Positions 42,452 to 52,205 of a stretch of 64,000 nucleotides of DNA are shown one piece after another; position 1 is the stretch's first letter; each line of letters starts with the position of its first letter. Source of the DNA: an uncultured Spirochaetota bacterium (GTDB lineage: Bacteria; Spirochaetota; Brevinematia; Brevinematales; JAOACQ01); assembly GCA_963768055.1 (NCBI GenBank), contig CAVYGN010000002.1:1248001-1312000 (forward strand). Reading direction: 5' to 3'. A model generated the notes under the pieces. The model made no database searches. It was not told the DNA's origin and saw nothing but the letters and a program-made list of their open reading frames with translations. Position numbers and translations under genes: made by a program.

Positions 42452-43195
42452 ATGAAGAAAACTATTATTGCCCTTGTTTTCGGGCTTTTTTCGGTCTGCT
42501 CAGGGTATTCGATCACAGCCGATGAAATTCTGCGGAATACCGATGAAACCCGTTCTATAGCTACTAACTTCATAATGACCGACTATATGGAGGACTACCG
42601 CAAGGGGAAGTTATCGGACAAATCGATGTTAAAGGGTTATATAAAGGGGATGGATAAATCCATGGTCATATTTACCGAACCCTCTAATATGAAGGGCAGG
42701 AAAATACTCATGGTGAAAGACGATATGTGGGTATTTATTCCAGACACGAAAAAGCCGGTCCGGACAACTGCTTCCCAGAGGCTTCTCGGCCAGCTTTCGA
42801 ACGGGGATGTTCTCAATGTCAGATTTTCCTATGATTACAGCGCTGTCCTTGAAAAAGAGGAATCCATAGCGGATATAAATTCGGAGAATAGAACATGCTA
42901 TAAACTGGACCTGACGGCCAAGCGGCCGGGAGCCGCATATCACACCCTGACATTATGGGTGGAAAAGGAAACTTTTTATCCTGTTAAAGCCGAATTTTTT
43001 GCTTTGAGCGGAAAAAAGATGAAAACCTCTTTTTACAGCGGCCTGAAGGTAATTGCAGGCAGAAATGTCATAACCAAAACCTCCATTTACGATGAAATAA
43101 TCAAGGATAATTACACAACAAGCGAATTTTTAGACCTTAAAGCCGCGGAAGTGGAAGACAGGTACTTCAACAAGGAATACCTGCAGAGGATGTAA
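42452..43195 (+). CDS. LolA-like outer-membrane lipoprotein-sorting protein
   Basis: Signal peptide; GRKILM...DMWVFIP...RLLGQLSNGD...YPVKAEFFALSGKKMK. Confidence 0.85.
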   Translation: MKKTIIALVFGLFSVCSGYSITADEILRNTDETRSIATNFIMTDYMEDYRKGKLSDKSMLKGYIKGMDKSMVIFTEPSNMKGRKILMVKDDMWVFIPDTKKPVRTTASQRLLGQLSNGDVLNVRFSYDYSAVLEKEESIADINSENRTCYKLDLTAKRPGAAYHTLTLWVEKETFYPVKAEFFALSGKKMKTSFYSGLKVIAGRNVITKTSIYDEIIKDNYTTSEFLDLKAAEVEDRYFNKEYLQRM

Positions 43196-43226
43196 ATCCT
43201 GGTAGAGATGTAAATAAGGAGATTAT

Positions 43227-44564
43227 ATGAGGATCGCGCTTTTAACGTTATTTATGGTAACAGCCGCTGCAGCGGTTTTCCGTGGAGAAACGAACGGTTC
43301 CGGGGAAACGAACAATTCCGAGATCACATACAGCGCGAAGATATATAATACGGAGACCTTTTCATCCGTTAAAACTGTCCTTAACCCTGACGGGGTTCTT
43401 AATAATTACAGCAGCTTTCTTGCGGGCGGCCTTTCAGGGGAGGTCAAATACTATCTGGATTTCAGATGGAAATCGGACCCTTTTTCGTTCCAAGCCTCGG
43501 ATATAGGTTATCTTGATGCGGTTACGAATTCCGCTTTCACCAACCTCATGACCGAGGATTACCTTTCATTTAATTTCTGGGAAATTTTCCTGGACGCGGG
43601 CAAGAAAAAGATAACACAAAGCGTGTGTTTTCTCACCACACCCATCGATTTTGCGATTAACGGTTTCAACGATATTTCAAAGAATAAAAGCTACAACCTG
43701 CAATTTTCAGAAGGTAAATACATGGCCAACGCGGACTGGTTTTCAGATTTCGGGGTTATCGGGTTAAGTTATATGCCTGAGTTAGATTTTGCAACTAACG
43801 CTCAGCAGTATTTTTCAAGCTCCCAGATAGAACAGGAGGAATTCCGTTATACGGTCAATATATCGGGCGCAGATATGGGTTTAGCCCTTTCCCATGACAG
43901 CAACTGGCGCGCCGGGGCGAATTTCTCCGCAACGATCGGCGATTATGTCGAAGTCCATGCCGAGTGCGCCTACCTTGAATATATCCCGAGGTTCGGCCTT
44001 GGCACCAATATGACAGCTACCGGCTTCGACCCGGCGAGCATGCAGCCCATATATTCCCCTGAACTGACAATTACCCGGGAGAACGTCAGCAATGTTTACC
44101 AGATCATAGTGGGGGGGACTTACAACGGCGAGTATTTTTCATTGTATGTCGAGTATTATTACAATATGGCAGGGTACAATTACGCCCAATGGTCTAGCAT
44201 CAGGCAATCGATGAGAGACTTCAGGTCGGATTACTATAACAATTCTTCAGGGGTGCTCAATGCGGCGAATCTCGGCACCTTGATGAGTTTTATGGGAACT
44301 AATTCTTTTCTCGATGTCTGCCAGGATTACGCCATGATAAGGGTGACCACTCCGTCGGCTTCAACCGAGAAACTGGGGCTTGCATGGACCACCCTTGTGA
44401 ACCTCGAAGATTTAAGCGGGATGGAAATATTTTCAGCCTCTTACAGCTGGGACAATCTCTCATTGACCGGCCAATTCACATTTGATTTCGGGGACGATTA
44501 TTCCGAATTTAAACTATTGGGACAGGATTGGACCGCCGGCGTTGAAATTGAAATTGGAATTTAA
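43227..44564 (+). CDS. Probable outer-membrane beta-barrel protein
   Basis: Signal peptide, aromatic-rich amphipathic strands, EYYYNMAGY; last gene after the LolA-like gene. Confidence 0.6.
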   Translation: MRIALLTLFMVTAAAAVFRGETNGSGETNNSEITYSAKIYNTETFSSVKTVLNPDGVLNNYSSFLAGGLSGEVKYYLDFRWKSDPFSFQASDIGYLDAVTNSAFTNLMTEDYLSFNFWEIFLDAGKKKITQSVCFLTTPIDFAINGFNDISKNKSYNLQFSEGKYMANADWFSDFGVIGLSYMPELDFATNAQQYFSSSQIEQEEFRYTVNISGADMGLALSHDSNWRAGANFSATIGDYVEVHAECAYLEYIPRFGLGTNMTATGFDPASMQPIYSPELTITRENVSNVYQIIVGGTYNGEYFSLYVEYYYNMAGYNYAQWSSIRQSMRDFRSDYYNNSSGVLNAANLGTLMSFMGTNSFLDVCQDYAMIRVTTPSASTEKLGLAWTTLVNLEDLSGMEIFSASYSWDNLSLTGQFTFDFGDDYSEFKLLGQDWTAGVEIEIGI

Positions 44565-44595
44565 ATATCTCAAAGACTCTTATAAAAGATAAGAT

Positions 44596-44664
44596 AATTT
44601 TTTATCGCGCTGAATTTTGAAAGCGCTTGTGCCCGAAGGATATGTGCCCTAACGGTTCAAAACA
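44596..44664. repeat. Degenerate half-copy (C) of the palindromic element
   Basis: 44622-44643 matches the reverse complement of 34513-34534 at 20/22; preceded by AATTTTTTATCG. Confidence 0.6.
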
Positions 44665-44698
44665 ACTGTCCTGCCCCTGAATCGGAGGAAAGTTTTTA

Positions 44699-46069
44699 AT
44701 GTCTCTGCGCACTTTTCTCGCTAAAGTCGATAATAAGGACATCAGGCGGGGGTTATATTTTTCCAACCTTGACGGCATAGTCTGGGCTGTGATGTTCGGG
44801 CTCGCGGAGAATTTTATCGTACCTTTCGCGCTGCTGTTCGGCGCTTCTGTCCTCCAGGTCAGCCTGATAACGGGGTTCGGGCAGCTCGGGGTAGGGATCT
44901 CACAGCTGGCCGGGGCGAGGTTCGTAAACTGGCTGAAAAAGAGAAAAATATTATCGACTGTCTGTGAAATTATCCATGCCCTGTCATGGCTGTTAATGTT
45001 CATCTTCACTGCTCTCACAGGGAATCCCTGGTTCGTAGTCGTTTTCTACACCATAGGGCTTACCGTAAACAATTTTGCAGGGCCGGGCTGGCTTTCCTGG
45101 ATGCACGACCTGATGCCTAAAAAAGTAAGGGGCGAATACTGGGGTATCCGCAACCGCTACATGGGCGTGGCTCAATTAATATCGATTACAGCGGCCGGGA
45201 CGGCTCTTTTTATAGCCAGGAGAAATAATTTCGAAGAGCTGGCGTTCGGTTTCCTGCTGGTTGCGGGTTTCGCCTTCAGGTTTTCAGGGGTCTTTTTTCT
45301 TCAAAGGCAATATGAACCCCGGATGAAAGTCACAGAGGAAAGCCATACTTTTAAATTCCATGTATTTTTAACGAAGCTGTTCACGACCAATTTCGGGCGT
45401 TTTGTATTCTTCAGTATAATGCTCACTTTTTCTTCGAACCTGGTGGGGCCGGTCCTGCCCGTTTATTTCCTCCAGAGCGTGCGGCTGAATTATCTCCAGT
45501 TTACTGCCGTGATGATGGCTGGTGCGATAAGTTCCTTCGTTTTCATGACTTACTGGGGCCCATTATCGGATAAATACGGGAATTACAGGGTTCTGATAAT
45601 ATCATCTCTCGCCCTTCCCCTCATAGGTTTCGGATGGGCATTTATCAAGGACTTCTACCTGATGATCCTGCTGCAGATCTTCAGCGGTTTCGTATGGGCG
45701 GGGGTAAACCTCGCGACAAACAATTTTATATTCGACGCAGTAAGAAAGGAAAACATGCCCAAGATCATGTCATATTTCAATATGCTCAATACCTTCTGCA
45801 TTTTCCTCGGGGCCCTGACTGGCGGCGCTTTGATCGAATTCCTTCTCAAATATAAATTCTCTTTCGGTATTTTCAACAGCTTTACGATCATATTTCTTTT
45901 TTCGGCACTGCTGCGGATAGTCGTTATCGCGGTCTGGCGCGGCAGCTTCAAAGAAGTAAGGGATACGGAAAAGTCGCCGAGGTTCCACTATTTCTTTATC
46001 TATAAACCCGCCCTTGAAATGCTCGATTTCATACAGGAAACGAGCGAAAGGATATTCCGGAGAAAGTGA
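44699..46069 (+). CDS. MFS transporter
   Basis: About 12 TMs; WGPLSDKYGN motif. Confidence 0.88.
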   Translation: MSLRTFLAKVDNKDIRRGLYFSNLDGIVWAVMFGLAENFIVPFALLFGASVLQVSLITGFGQLGVGISQLAGARFVNWLKKRKILSTVCEIIHALSWLLMFIFTALTGNPWFVVVFYTIGLTVNNFAGPGWLSWMHDLMPKKVRGEYWGIRNRYMGVAQLISITAAGTALFIARRNNFEELAFGFLLVAGFAFRFSGVFFLQRQYEPRMKVTEESHTFKFHVFLTKLFTTNFGRFVFFSIMLTFSSNLVGPVLPVYFLQSVRLNYLQFTAVMMAGAISSFVFMTYWGPLSDKYGNYRVLIISSLALPLIGFGWAFIKDFYLMILLQIFSGFVWAGVNLATNNFIFDAVRKENMPKIMSYFNMLNTFCIFLGALTGGALIEFLLKYKFSFGIFNSFTIIFLFSALLRIVVIAVWRGSFKEVRDTEKSPRFHYFFIYKPALEMLDFIQETSERIFRRK

Positions 46070-47394
46070 CGGGTAGGAACCACAGATTTCACAGATTGCA
46101 CGGATGGATTGGGATGAATGGGGGTTCACCGAAAAGATGCAAAGGTACGCAGAGAGGGAAAAATCCGCAGATGGATGGGGAATCTTCCGCGAAGCCACGC
46201 GAAGGGACATTAAGATTTTAGGATAAAATTAAGCTTTCAGCCGATTTAAAAATTTCATATTAGATATTCTTAGGAAGTTGCAAGTTAAATCTTTCAAACC
46301 TAACCCCATCACTACTTATAACACTTTCTATAATCTCTTTACCTTCATCATCTTCTCGCGTTATTTCAAATCTTTGCTTTAAATCTGTTAATTTCTCTCT
46401 TTCTTCAATGGGTTTAGATATTAATTCAATTATTCTATTGTTTAATAATAATTCTGGGAAATCTTGTCTACCATATTCAATAATGTTATTATTATAAACA
46501 TTATTATTAAAATAGCTAGAAAGATGTGATGACATAAAATCAAGTAATTTGTGTTCAATAGCTTCTATAATTAATTTTCCAGAGCTATTTAATGGTTTTG
46601 ATGGCTTATTTTGTTCGATCGGTTCTTTTTTCCAAGCTTTTAATAAAGCTTTATTTTCAATAAAAGTGGAAGTTAAAGTTTATATATAAGCCATTCACAA
46701 AATCATAATTAGGGATATTGATTAATTTTTTATTTGTTTCATCATAAATAAAAAAACAATCAAAATTTTCGGAATAATTTAAACTTTTTAATTTTTTTAT
46801 CGAAATGTATAATAAAGAAAATGAACATAATAAAATACCAATAATTAACAATTTTATATTATTTTGATAAAAAAATAAATAATTTGAAATAGTGCTGGTT
46901 CCTAATGCTAAAAGAAAAGCGATAAAGTAAATTTCAAATAAAAGTCCTCTTTGTGTTAAAAATTGTTCAACAACTTTTTTGTTATTAAAACCATCTTTAC
47001 TCAAAGTATTTATCCTTAATTATCAAAAATTCTTAGACATTATAATATAATATTTTGTTTTTGTAAATGCTTAATGAATAATAAAATCGGATATTTCCCA
47101 GTGATTATTTTAAGGGTTTACAGAAAAATTTTAGATAAAGTGTAAATAATTTGATGGTCATTAAAATAATGCGGATTTAACAAATTCCTAAGAAATGGAA
47201 AGCATGGATAGGCTATTTATCAGTGAAATCAATTTCTAATTATCGTATTATATCTTAAGAATGTTATTCGCATGCCTTCGCGGAAAACCATCCCCAAAAA
47301 GAAATGAATGAAAACGTAAGATTCACAACTTACAAAAATTAATGTAAAATCTGCGTAATCTGCGAAATCTGTGGTTCCAGTCCTCCCCCGTCTA
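46070..47394. mobile_element. AT-rich cassette bounded by nested inverted tandem repeats, with no mobility gene
   Basis: Outer IR 46076-46105 / 47349-47378 (26/30); inner IR 46185-46203 / 47267-47285 (17/19). Confidence 0.6.
46260..47004 (-). pseudogene. Frameshifted AT-rich gene, 2 N-terminal TMs plus a soluble domain
   Basis: ORF 46657-47004 continues after a +1 shift near 46660-46680 as TSTFIENKALLKAWKKEP... into ORF 46260-46535. Confidence 0.7.
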
Positions 47395-48372
47395 TTACCT
47401 CAATCCCCTAATCGCCTTTATCCTCTCCTTCATCAGCATATCGATATCCGCTGACGTCTTGGGGTCCATCTCCCAGTCGGCGGCATGGTAGGTTTCGGCT
47501 ATCTGCTCCGGACGGCGCGCGCCGACAATTGCGGCAGTAAGTTCAGGCCGTCGAAGGACCCATGCTATTGCAAGCTGTGAAACGGTCCTTCCGGCTTGTC
47601 CGGCTATACGGGAAAGTTTTTTCACATAATCAAGGTTTATCGAAAGTTCGGGCTCCTGAAAATGGCTGTCATACCGCCTGTGATCGTCGGGAGGCAGCCC
47701 TTCCATACGTTCGCGCGTGAAGCCTCCTGTTAAAAGCCCCTTATACATCGGGCTGTAAGATATCACCCCTATCTTGTTTTTATAGCAATAGCCTAAAATT
47801 TCATTTTCTATTTCCGGGGAGATCATGCTGTATGGAGGCTGGAGGCTGGTCACGGGGTAAAGTTTTTCTGCCCTTTCAATCTGGTAAGTGTTGAAATTCG
47901 ATAATCCTCCATACCTGACTTTCCCTTCTTTAATAAGCTCGTCGATTGCCAGCCAACCCTCTTCTATTTCATAATCCGGTTCAGGCCAATGTATCTGATA
48001 CAGGTCGATAGCTTCTATTCCGAGGCGTTTAAGGCTCGATTCCGCTTCTCTTTTGATGCTGTTTTTTTTCATGCTTCCGCTGATATTTCCATCTTTATCC
48101 CATACCCTTTCGCATTTTGTGGCTATCAGGGGCTTTTCCTTCATTCCCTTTATAGCCTTTCCGACCATTTCCTCCGAGTGTCCCAGGCCGTAAACTGCCG
48201 CCGTGTCTATCCAGTTGATCCCCACTTCAAGGGCTTTGAATATTGTCTGAACGGACAATTCGTCATCCTGCGGGCCCCAGGAAAACCGCCAATTACCGCC
48301 GCCGATAGCCCATGTCCCGAGGCCGATAATGCTTATCTCCAGAGCGCTCCGGCCAAGTTTTCTCTTTTTCAT
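47395..48372 (-). CDS. Aldo/keto reductase
   Basis: GLGTWAIGG, WIDTAAVYG, IATK, DLYQIHWP, GLSNF. Confidence 0.95.
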   Translation of the reverse strand: MKKRKLGRSALEISIIGLGTWAIGGGNWRFSWGPQDDELSVQTIFKALEVGINWIDTAAVYGLGHSEEMVGKAIKGMKEKPLIATKCERVWDKDGNISGSMKKNSIKREAESSLKRLGIEAIDLYQIHWPEPDYEIEEGWLAIDELIKEGKVRYGGLSNFNTYQIERAEKLYPVTSLQPPYSMISPEIENEILGYCYKNKIGVISYSPMYKGLLTGGFTRERMEGLPPDDHRRYDSHFQEPELSINLDYVKKLSRIAGQAGRTVSQLAIAWVLRRPELTAAIVGARRPEQIAETYHAADWEMDPKTSADIDMLMKERIKAIRGLR

Positions 48373-48506
48373 CGGATCCTCCATTTATATAATATTTATA
48401 AAATAATAAAAATTTTAGAAATCGGGTAAAGAAAGAAGTCAAATGCATCTTTTCCCCTCAGCCTGCACTTAAGCTAAGTATAAATTTAAGCACTTGGAGG
48501 TGCGTT

Positions 48507-49091
48507 ATGAACAGGTTTTCTACATATCTGCTGAGCATTGCAGCTTTGCTTGTCGCAAGTTCTGCAGGCTTTTCACAGATGTCCGATATGGGGCTTGACG
48601 GAGGCCATTTCGGGCCTGGAATGATGGATGGGCGCTCTTTTCATCATGAAATGATGTCCCCTGGATTACATGCCATTATCCGCGAACTGCATCTTGAAAC
48701 AACCCTTGAAACTTTCCATGTCAACGTGGAAAAGATAAGGATCGATGCGGCTGAAAAAAAGATCCCGCTTAAGGAAAAAGCCAGGATTTCCATGAGCAAC
48801 TTAAAGAATCTTGTTAAAAAATATGCGAAAGACAAGACGGTATCCAAGGACATCGTACAGGCTTTGAAGGATTTGAACGGGGCGAGGATCGCGATACGCC
48901 AGATCGACAAGGACACCTTTACCAAGATCCGCGCGTTAAAGGACGGCCTTGATAGCGATATAGATAAGGCTGTAGACTCGTATATTCAGAAACTATCGGC
49001 AGGCGGAGCCGAGCTTGACGATCTTGCCAAGGACTTGGCGAGGGATAGAGCCTACGAAGAAATAAACGTCCCTATGGAGATGGAAAAATAA
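48507..49091 (+). CDS. Exported helical protein with Met/His/Gly-rich N-terminus
   Basis: Signal peptide; MSDMGLDGGHFGPGMMDGRSFHHEMM, then coiled coil. Confidence 0.7.
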   Translation: MNRFSTYLLSIAALLVASSAGFSQMSDMGLDGGHFGPGMMDGRSFHHEMMSPGLHAIIRELHLETTLETFHVNVEKIRIDAAEKKIPLKEKARISMSNLKNLVKKYAKDKTVSKDIVQALKDLNGARIAIRQIDKDTFTKIRALKDGLDSDIDKAVDSYIQKLSAGGAELDDLAKDLARDRAYEEINVPMEMEK

Positions 49092-49104
49092 TAATCTTAC
49101 CCCC

Positions 49105-49139
49105 AAACCCCGCCCCTCTTGAAGGAGCGGGTTTTTTTT
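49105..49139 (+). terminator. Rho-independent terminator
   Basis: CCCGCCCCT-loop-AGGAGCGGG followed by T8. Confidence 0.8.
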
Positions 49140-49163
49140 GTAAAATTTATATGGAGAATTCTA

Positions 49164-49192
49164 TTGACAAATTTATTATAAAATAGTAACTT
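49164..49192 (+). promoter_or_regulatory. Sigma70-like promoter of the oxidase operon
   Basis: TTGACA-N17-TAACTT. Confidence 0.6.
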
Positions 49193-49236
49193 AAAGCCAT
49201 GAAATAGTCTGGAAGGATTATGAGCGGAGGGTTATA

Positions 49237-49755
49237 ATGATAGATCAATTTTTCCAGTTCCTTGCGAAAATGGGGTTCGGCGACCCCCTTCATCCTCCTA
49301 TCACGCACATGCCGATAGGCCTGACAGTAGGCGCTCTCGTCTTTTTCCTTTCAGCCTTTTTTTTCAAACAGAAACATTACATTCTTACAGCCCGGCATAT
49401 ATCGATTCTGGCATTTATTTTCGCTTTTCCAACTATATTGCTCGGCGTTATCGATTGGATCCATTTTTACCATGCGGCTTTATTCCTGCCTATAAAGATT
49501 AAAATTGTCCTTGCATCCATTCTGCTTATAGTTCTAGGTACTGGTATAATTCTCGGCAGTGAAATTAAAGTCCATTCGATGACAATGGCTATTCTTTATA
49601 TAATAGCGTTCTTCTGCGTATTCGGACTCGGTTATTTCGGAACATCGATCATCTACGGGCGGGGCCTTTTAGAGAAATCCAGCGCTGTTACCAATGTTTC
49701 GCCCGCGCATGATATTGCAAAAGAACCGGAAGGGCACAGGATTTTATTAAAATAG
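49237..49755 (+). CDS. DUF2231-like membrane protein
   Basis: HPPITHMPIGL motif, 4 TMs. Confidence 0.7.
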   Translation: MIDQFFQFLAKMGFGDPLHPPITHMPIGLTVGALVFFLSAFFFKQKHYILTARHISILAFIFAFPTILLGVIDWIHFYHAALFLPIKIKIVLASILLIVLGTGIILGSEIKVHSMTMAILYIIAFFCVFGLGYFGTSIIYGRGLLEKSSAVTNVSPAHDIAKEPEGHRILLK

Positions 49756-49773
49756 AAGATTGAGGAGGCGGCT

Positions 49774-50559
49774 ATGATTTTAAGGTCCCTGCTTTTCTTA
49801 ACAATCATCTCGGGCTGCTGCAATATCATATTCGCCCACGAAGAAGAAACAAACGGTAATGTCGGTTTTGAAGAAAAGGCGGGCGCATTTATACCCCTGG
49901 ACATTCCCTTTGTTGATGAAACCGGAGCCGGGGTAAAACTCGGGGACGTTGTCAGGGGGCCGACAATCCTTTCATTCGTTTATTATAAATGCCCGAATGC
50001 TTGCGATTTCCTGCTTTCCGGCATGGCCGGCGCATTGAGGCCGTTTACCGATAAACCCGGTTCGGAGCCAAACCTTGTAACGATAACGATCGACGATCGC
50101 GAAACCATATCGGACGCGCTAAGATCGAAGAAAATCGCGTTCGAATCCATACAGAAGCCGTATCCGGAAGATAAATGGCATTTTCTGACCGGCAGTGCTC
50201 AGAGCATAAGGGAGGCCACTGATGCGGCGGGATTTCGTTATGCCAGGCAGGGCGACGAATTCGATCATCCGATCGGCATTATAATAATTTCGCCGAAGGG
50301 CAAAATAGTGCGTTATATTATCGGAACAGAGATATTGCCTATGGACCTTGCGATATCCCTGATGGAAGCGTCGAGCGGAACCGTCAGCCCGACGGTCGCA
50401 AGGGTTATCCGCTTCTGTTTCAGCTATAATCCGAAAAGCCATCAGTATGTCTTCAATATCCTTCAGGTAAGCGGTACTACGATCTTTGCAATCATAGGCT
50501 GTTTTGCGCTATACCTGGCCGTATCAGGCAGGAAAAAACGGAAAGCTGAGGTTAAATAA
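49774..50559 (+). CDS. sco: SCO1/SenC copper chaperone
   Basis: CPNAC (CxxxC), WHFLTG, FDH. Confidence 0.9.
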   Translation: MILRSLLFLTIISGCCNIIFAHEEETNGNVGFEEKAGAFIPLDIPFVDETGAGVKLGDVVRGPTILSFVYYKCPNACDFLLSGMAGALRPFTDKPGSEPNLVTITIDDRETISDALRSKKIAFESIQKPYPEDKWHFLTGSAQSIREATDAAGFRYARQGDEFDHPIGIIIISPKGKIVRYIIGTEILPMDLAISLMEASSGTVSPTVARVIRFCFSYNPKSHQYVFNILQVSGTTIFAIIGCFALYLAVSGRKKRKAEVK

Positions 50560-52205
50560 TGGAGGAAAAAACTGTGCAGTCAAATCACGGGGATTACATT
50601 CCGTATTATGCCGATAAGGGGAAATTCCCCGGGATTTTCGGCTGGATCTTTGCAACAGACCACAAAAGGATCGGTATACTTTATCTTGTTCTGATCATAT
50701 CTTTCTTTACAATTGCCGTTTTTTTCGGGGTATTTATGCGTCTCAACATGATCCCCGGTTTGAAGATAATGACCGCCCAGCAGTACAACGCGCTTTTCAC
50801 CCTTCATGGAATAATCATGATCTTCCTTGTGGTGATCCCTGCGGTTCCCACAATTTTCGGAAATTTTTTCCTTCCGATCCTTATAGGCGCCAACGATATG
50901 GCTTTTCCGCGCTTGAACCTGTTCACATGGTATCTCTTTGCTGCCGGCGCGACCCTTGTTTTCGTATCGGTTTTTACCGGGGGAGGTCCGGTCGATACGG
51001 GCTGGACTTTCTACGTGCCTTTCAGCCTTAGAACGACTGTAAATGTTCCCCTTGCCACATTTTCCGTATTCGTCCTTGGAATGTCTTCAATACTCACAGG
51101 CATCAATATTGTAACCACTGTTCACCAGTTGAGGGCTCCCGGGATGGGATTCTTCAAAATGCCCCTCTCGGTATGGGGTTTTTATGCCACTGCATGGGTC
51201 CAGATCCTGGCCACACCGATCATAGGGATAACGATGGTTCTTATAGTTGTCGAGAGGTTCTTCGGAATAGGGGTTTTCGACCCCGTAAAGGGGGGCGATC
51301 CCCTGCTTTACCAGCACCTCTTCTGGATCTACTCGCATCCTGCTGTGTATATAATGATACTGCCTGCGATGGGAGTGATGTCCGATATTTTCCCGGTGTT
51401 CTCCCGGAAAAACATCTTCGGTTACAAAATGATAGCTTTTTCCAGCATAGCTATTGCGGCGGTGGGTTCCCTCGTATGGGGCCACCATATGTACGTGAGC
51501 GGCCAGAGCGATCTTGCTGGTATAATATTCTCGCTTCTAACCTTTCTCGTAGCCGTTCCGAGCGCGATTAAGGTTTTCAACTGGCTGGCCACCATGTACA
51601 AGGGCTCGATAAGGCTGGAACCGCCCTTTCTATACGCCCTTTCTTTCATTTTTCTCTTTTCGATCGGCGGATTGACCGGGCTTCTCATAGGCGCATTGTC
51701 GACCAATGTACACCTTCATAATACTTATTTTATTGTCGGCCATTTCCATTATGTAATATTCGGGGGAATGGGTTTCGGGATGTTCGCGGCTTTCCACTAC
51801 TGGCTCCCCAAGATAACGGGGCGAATGTACGCTAAAAATATCGCAGTGATCGCCTGGTTCATACAGTTCGCAGGGTTTAATATATTTTATTTTACCATGT
51901 TTATACTGGGCTGGGAGGGGATGCCGAGGCGCTATTACGATTATTTGCCGCAATACTCGGAACTGCATACAATAGCCAGCATAGGGGCTTTTATTATGGT
52001 TGCAGGTTTTATTTTAATGGCTTTTAACCTCCTTCGAGGGGTATTCAGGGGCAGTATCGCCCCGTCGAACCCATGGGAGGGCGCGACCCTTGAATGGTCC
52101 CTGCCGTCGCCCCCTGAAACCGAGGATTTCAGAGAAACGCCTGTAATTGCCAGAGGGCCTTACGATTTCTCTGATTTCAGGGAGAAAAATAATGCCGGAA
52201 AATAA
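50559..52205 (+). CDS. ctaD: Cytochrome c oxidase subunit I (A2-type)
   Basis: TDHKRIG, GWTFY, WIYSHPAVY, WGHHM, HFHY, GMPRRY. Confidence 0.97.
   Translation: MEEKTVQSNHGDYIPYYADKGKFPGIFGWIFATDHKRIGILYLVLIISFFTIAVFFGVFMRLNMIPGLKIMTAQQYNALFTLHGIIMIFLVVIPAVPTIFGNFFLPILIGANDMAFPRLNLFTWYLFAAGATLVFVSVFTGGGPVDTGWTFYVPFSLRTTVNVPLATFSVFVLGMSSILTGINIVTTVHQLRAPGMGFFKMPLSVWGFYATAWVQILATPIIGITMVLIVVERFFGIGVFDPVKGGDPLLYQHLFWIYSHPAVYIMILPAMGVMSDIFPVFSRKNIFGYKMIAFSSIAIAAVGSLVWGHHMYVSGQSDLAGIIFSLLTFLVAVPSAIKVFNWLATMYKGSIRLEPPFLYALSFIFLFSIGGLTGLLIGALSTNVHLHNTYFIVGHFHYVIFGGMGFGMFAAFHYWLPKITGRMYAKNIAVIAWFIQFAGFNIFYFTMFILGWEGMPRRYYDYLPQYSELHTIASIGAFIMVAGFILMAFNLLRGVFRGSIAPSNPWEGATLEWSLPSPPETEDFRETPVIARGPYDFSDFREKNNAGK

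Noticed and set aside
46076..46216. CRISPR array or IS at the short repeats
   Set aside because: No constant repeat with unique spacers, no cas genes and no transposase.
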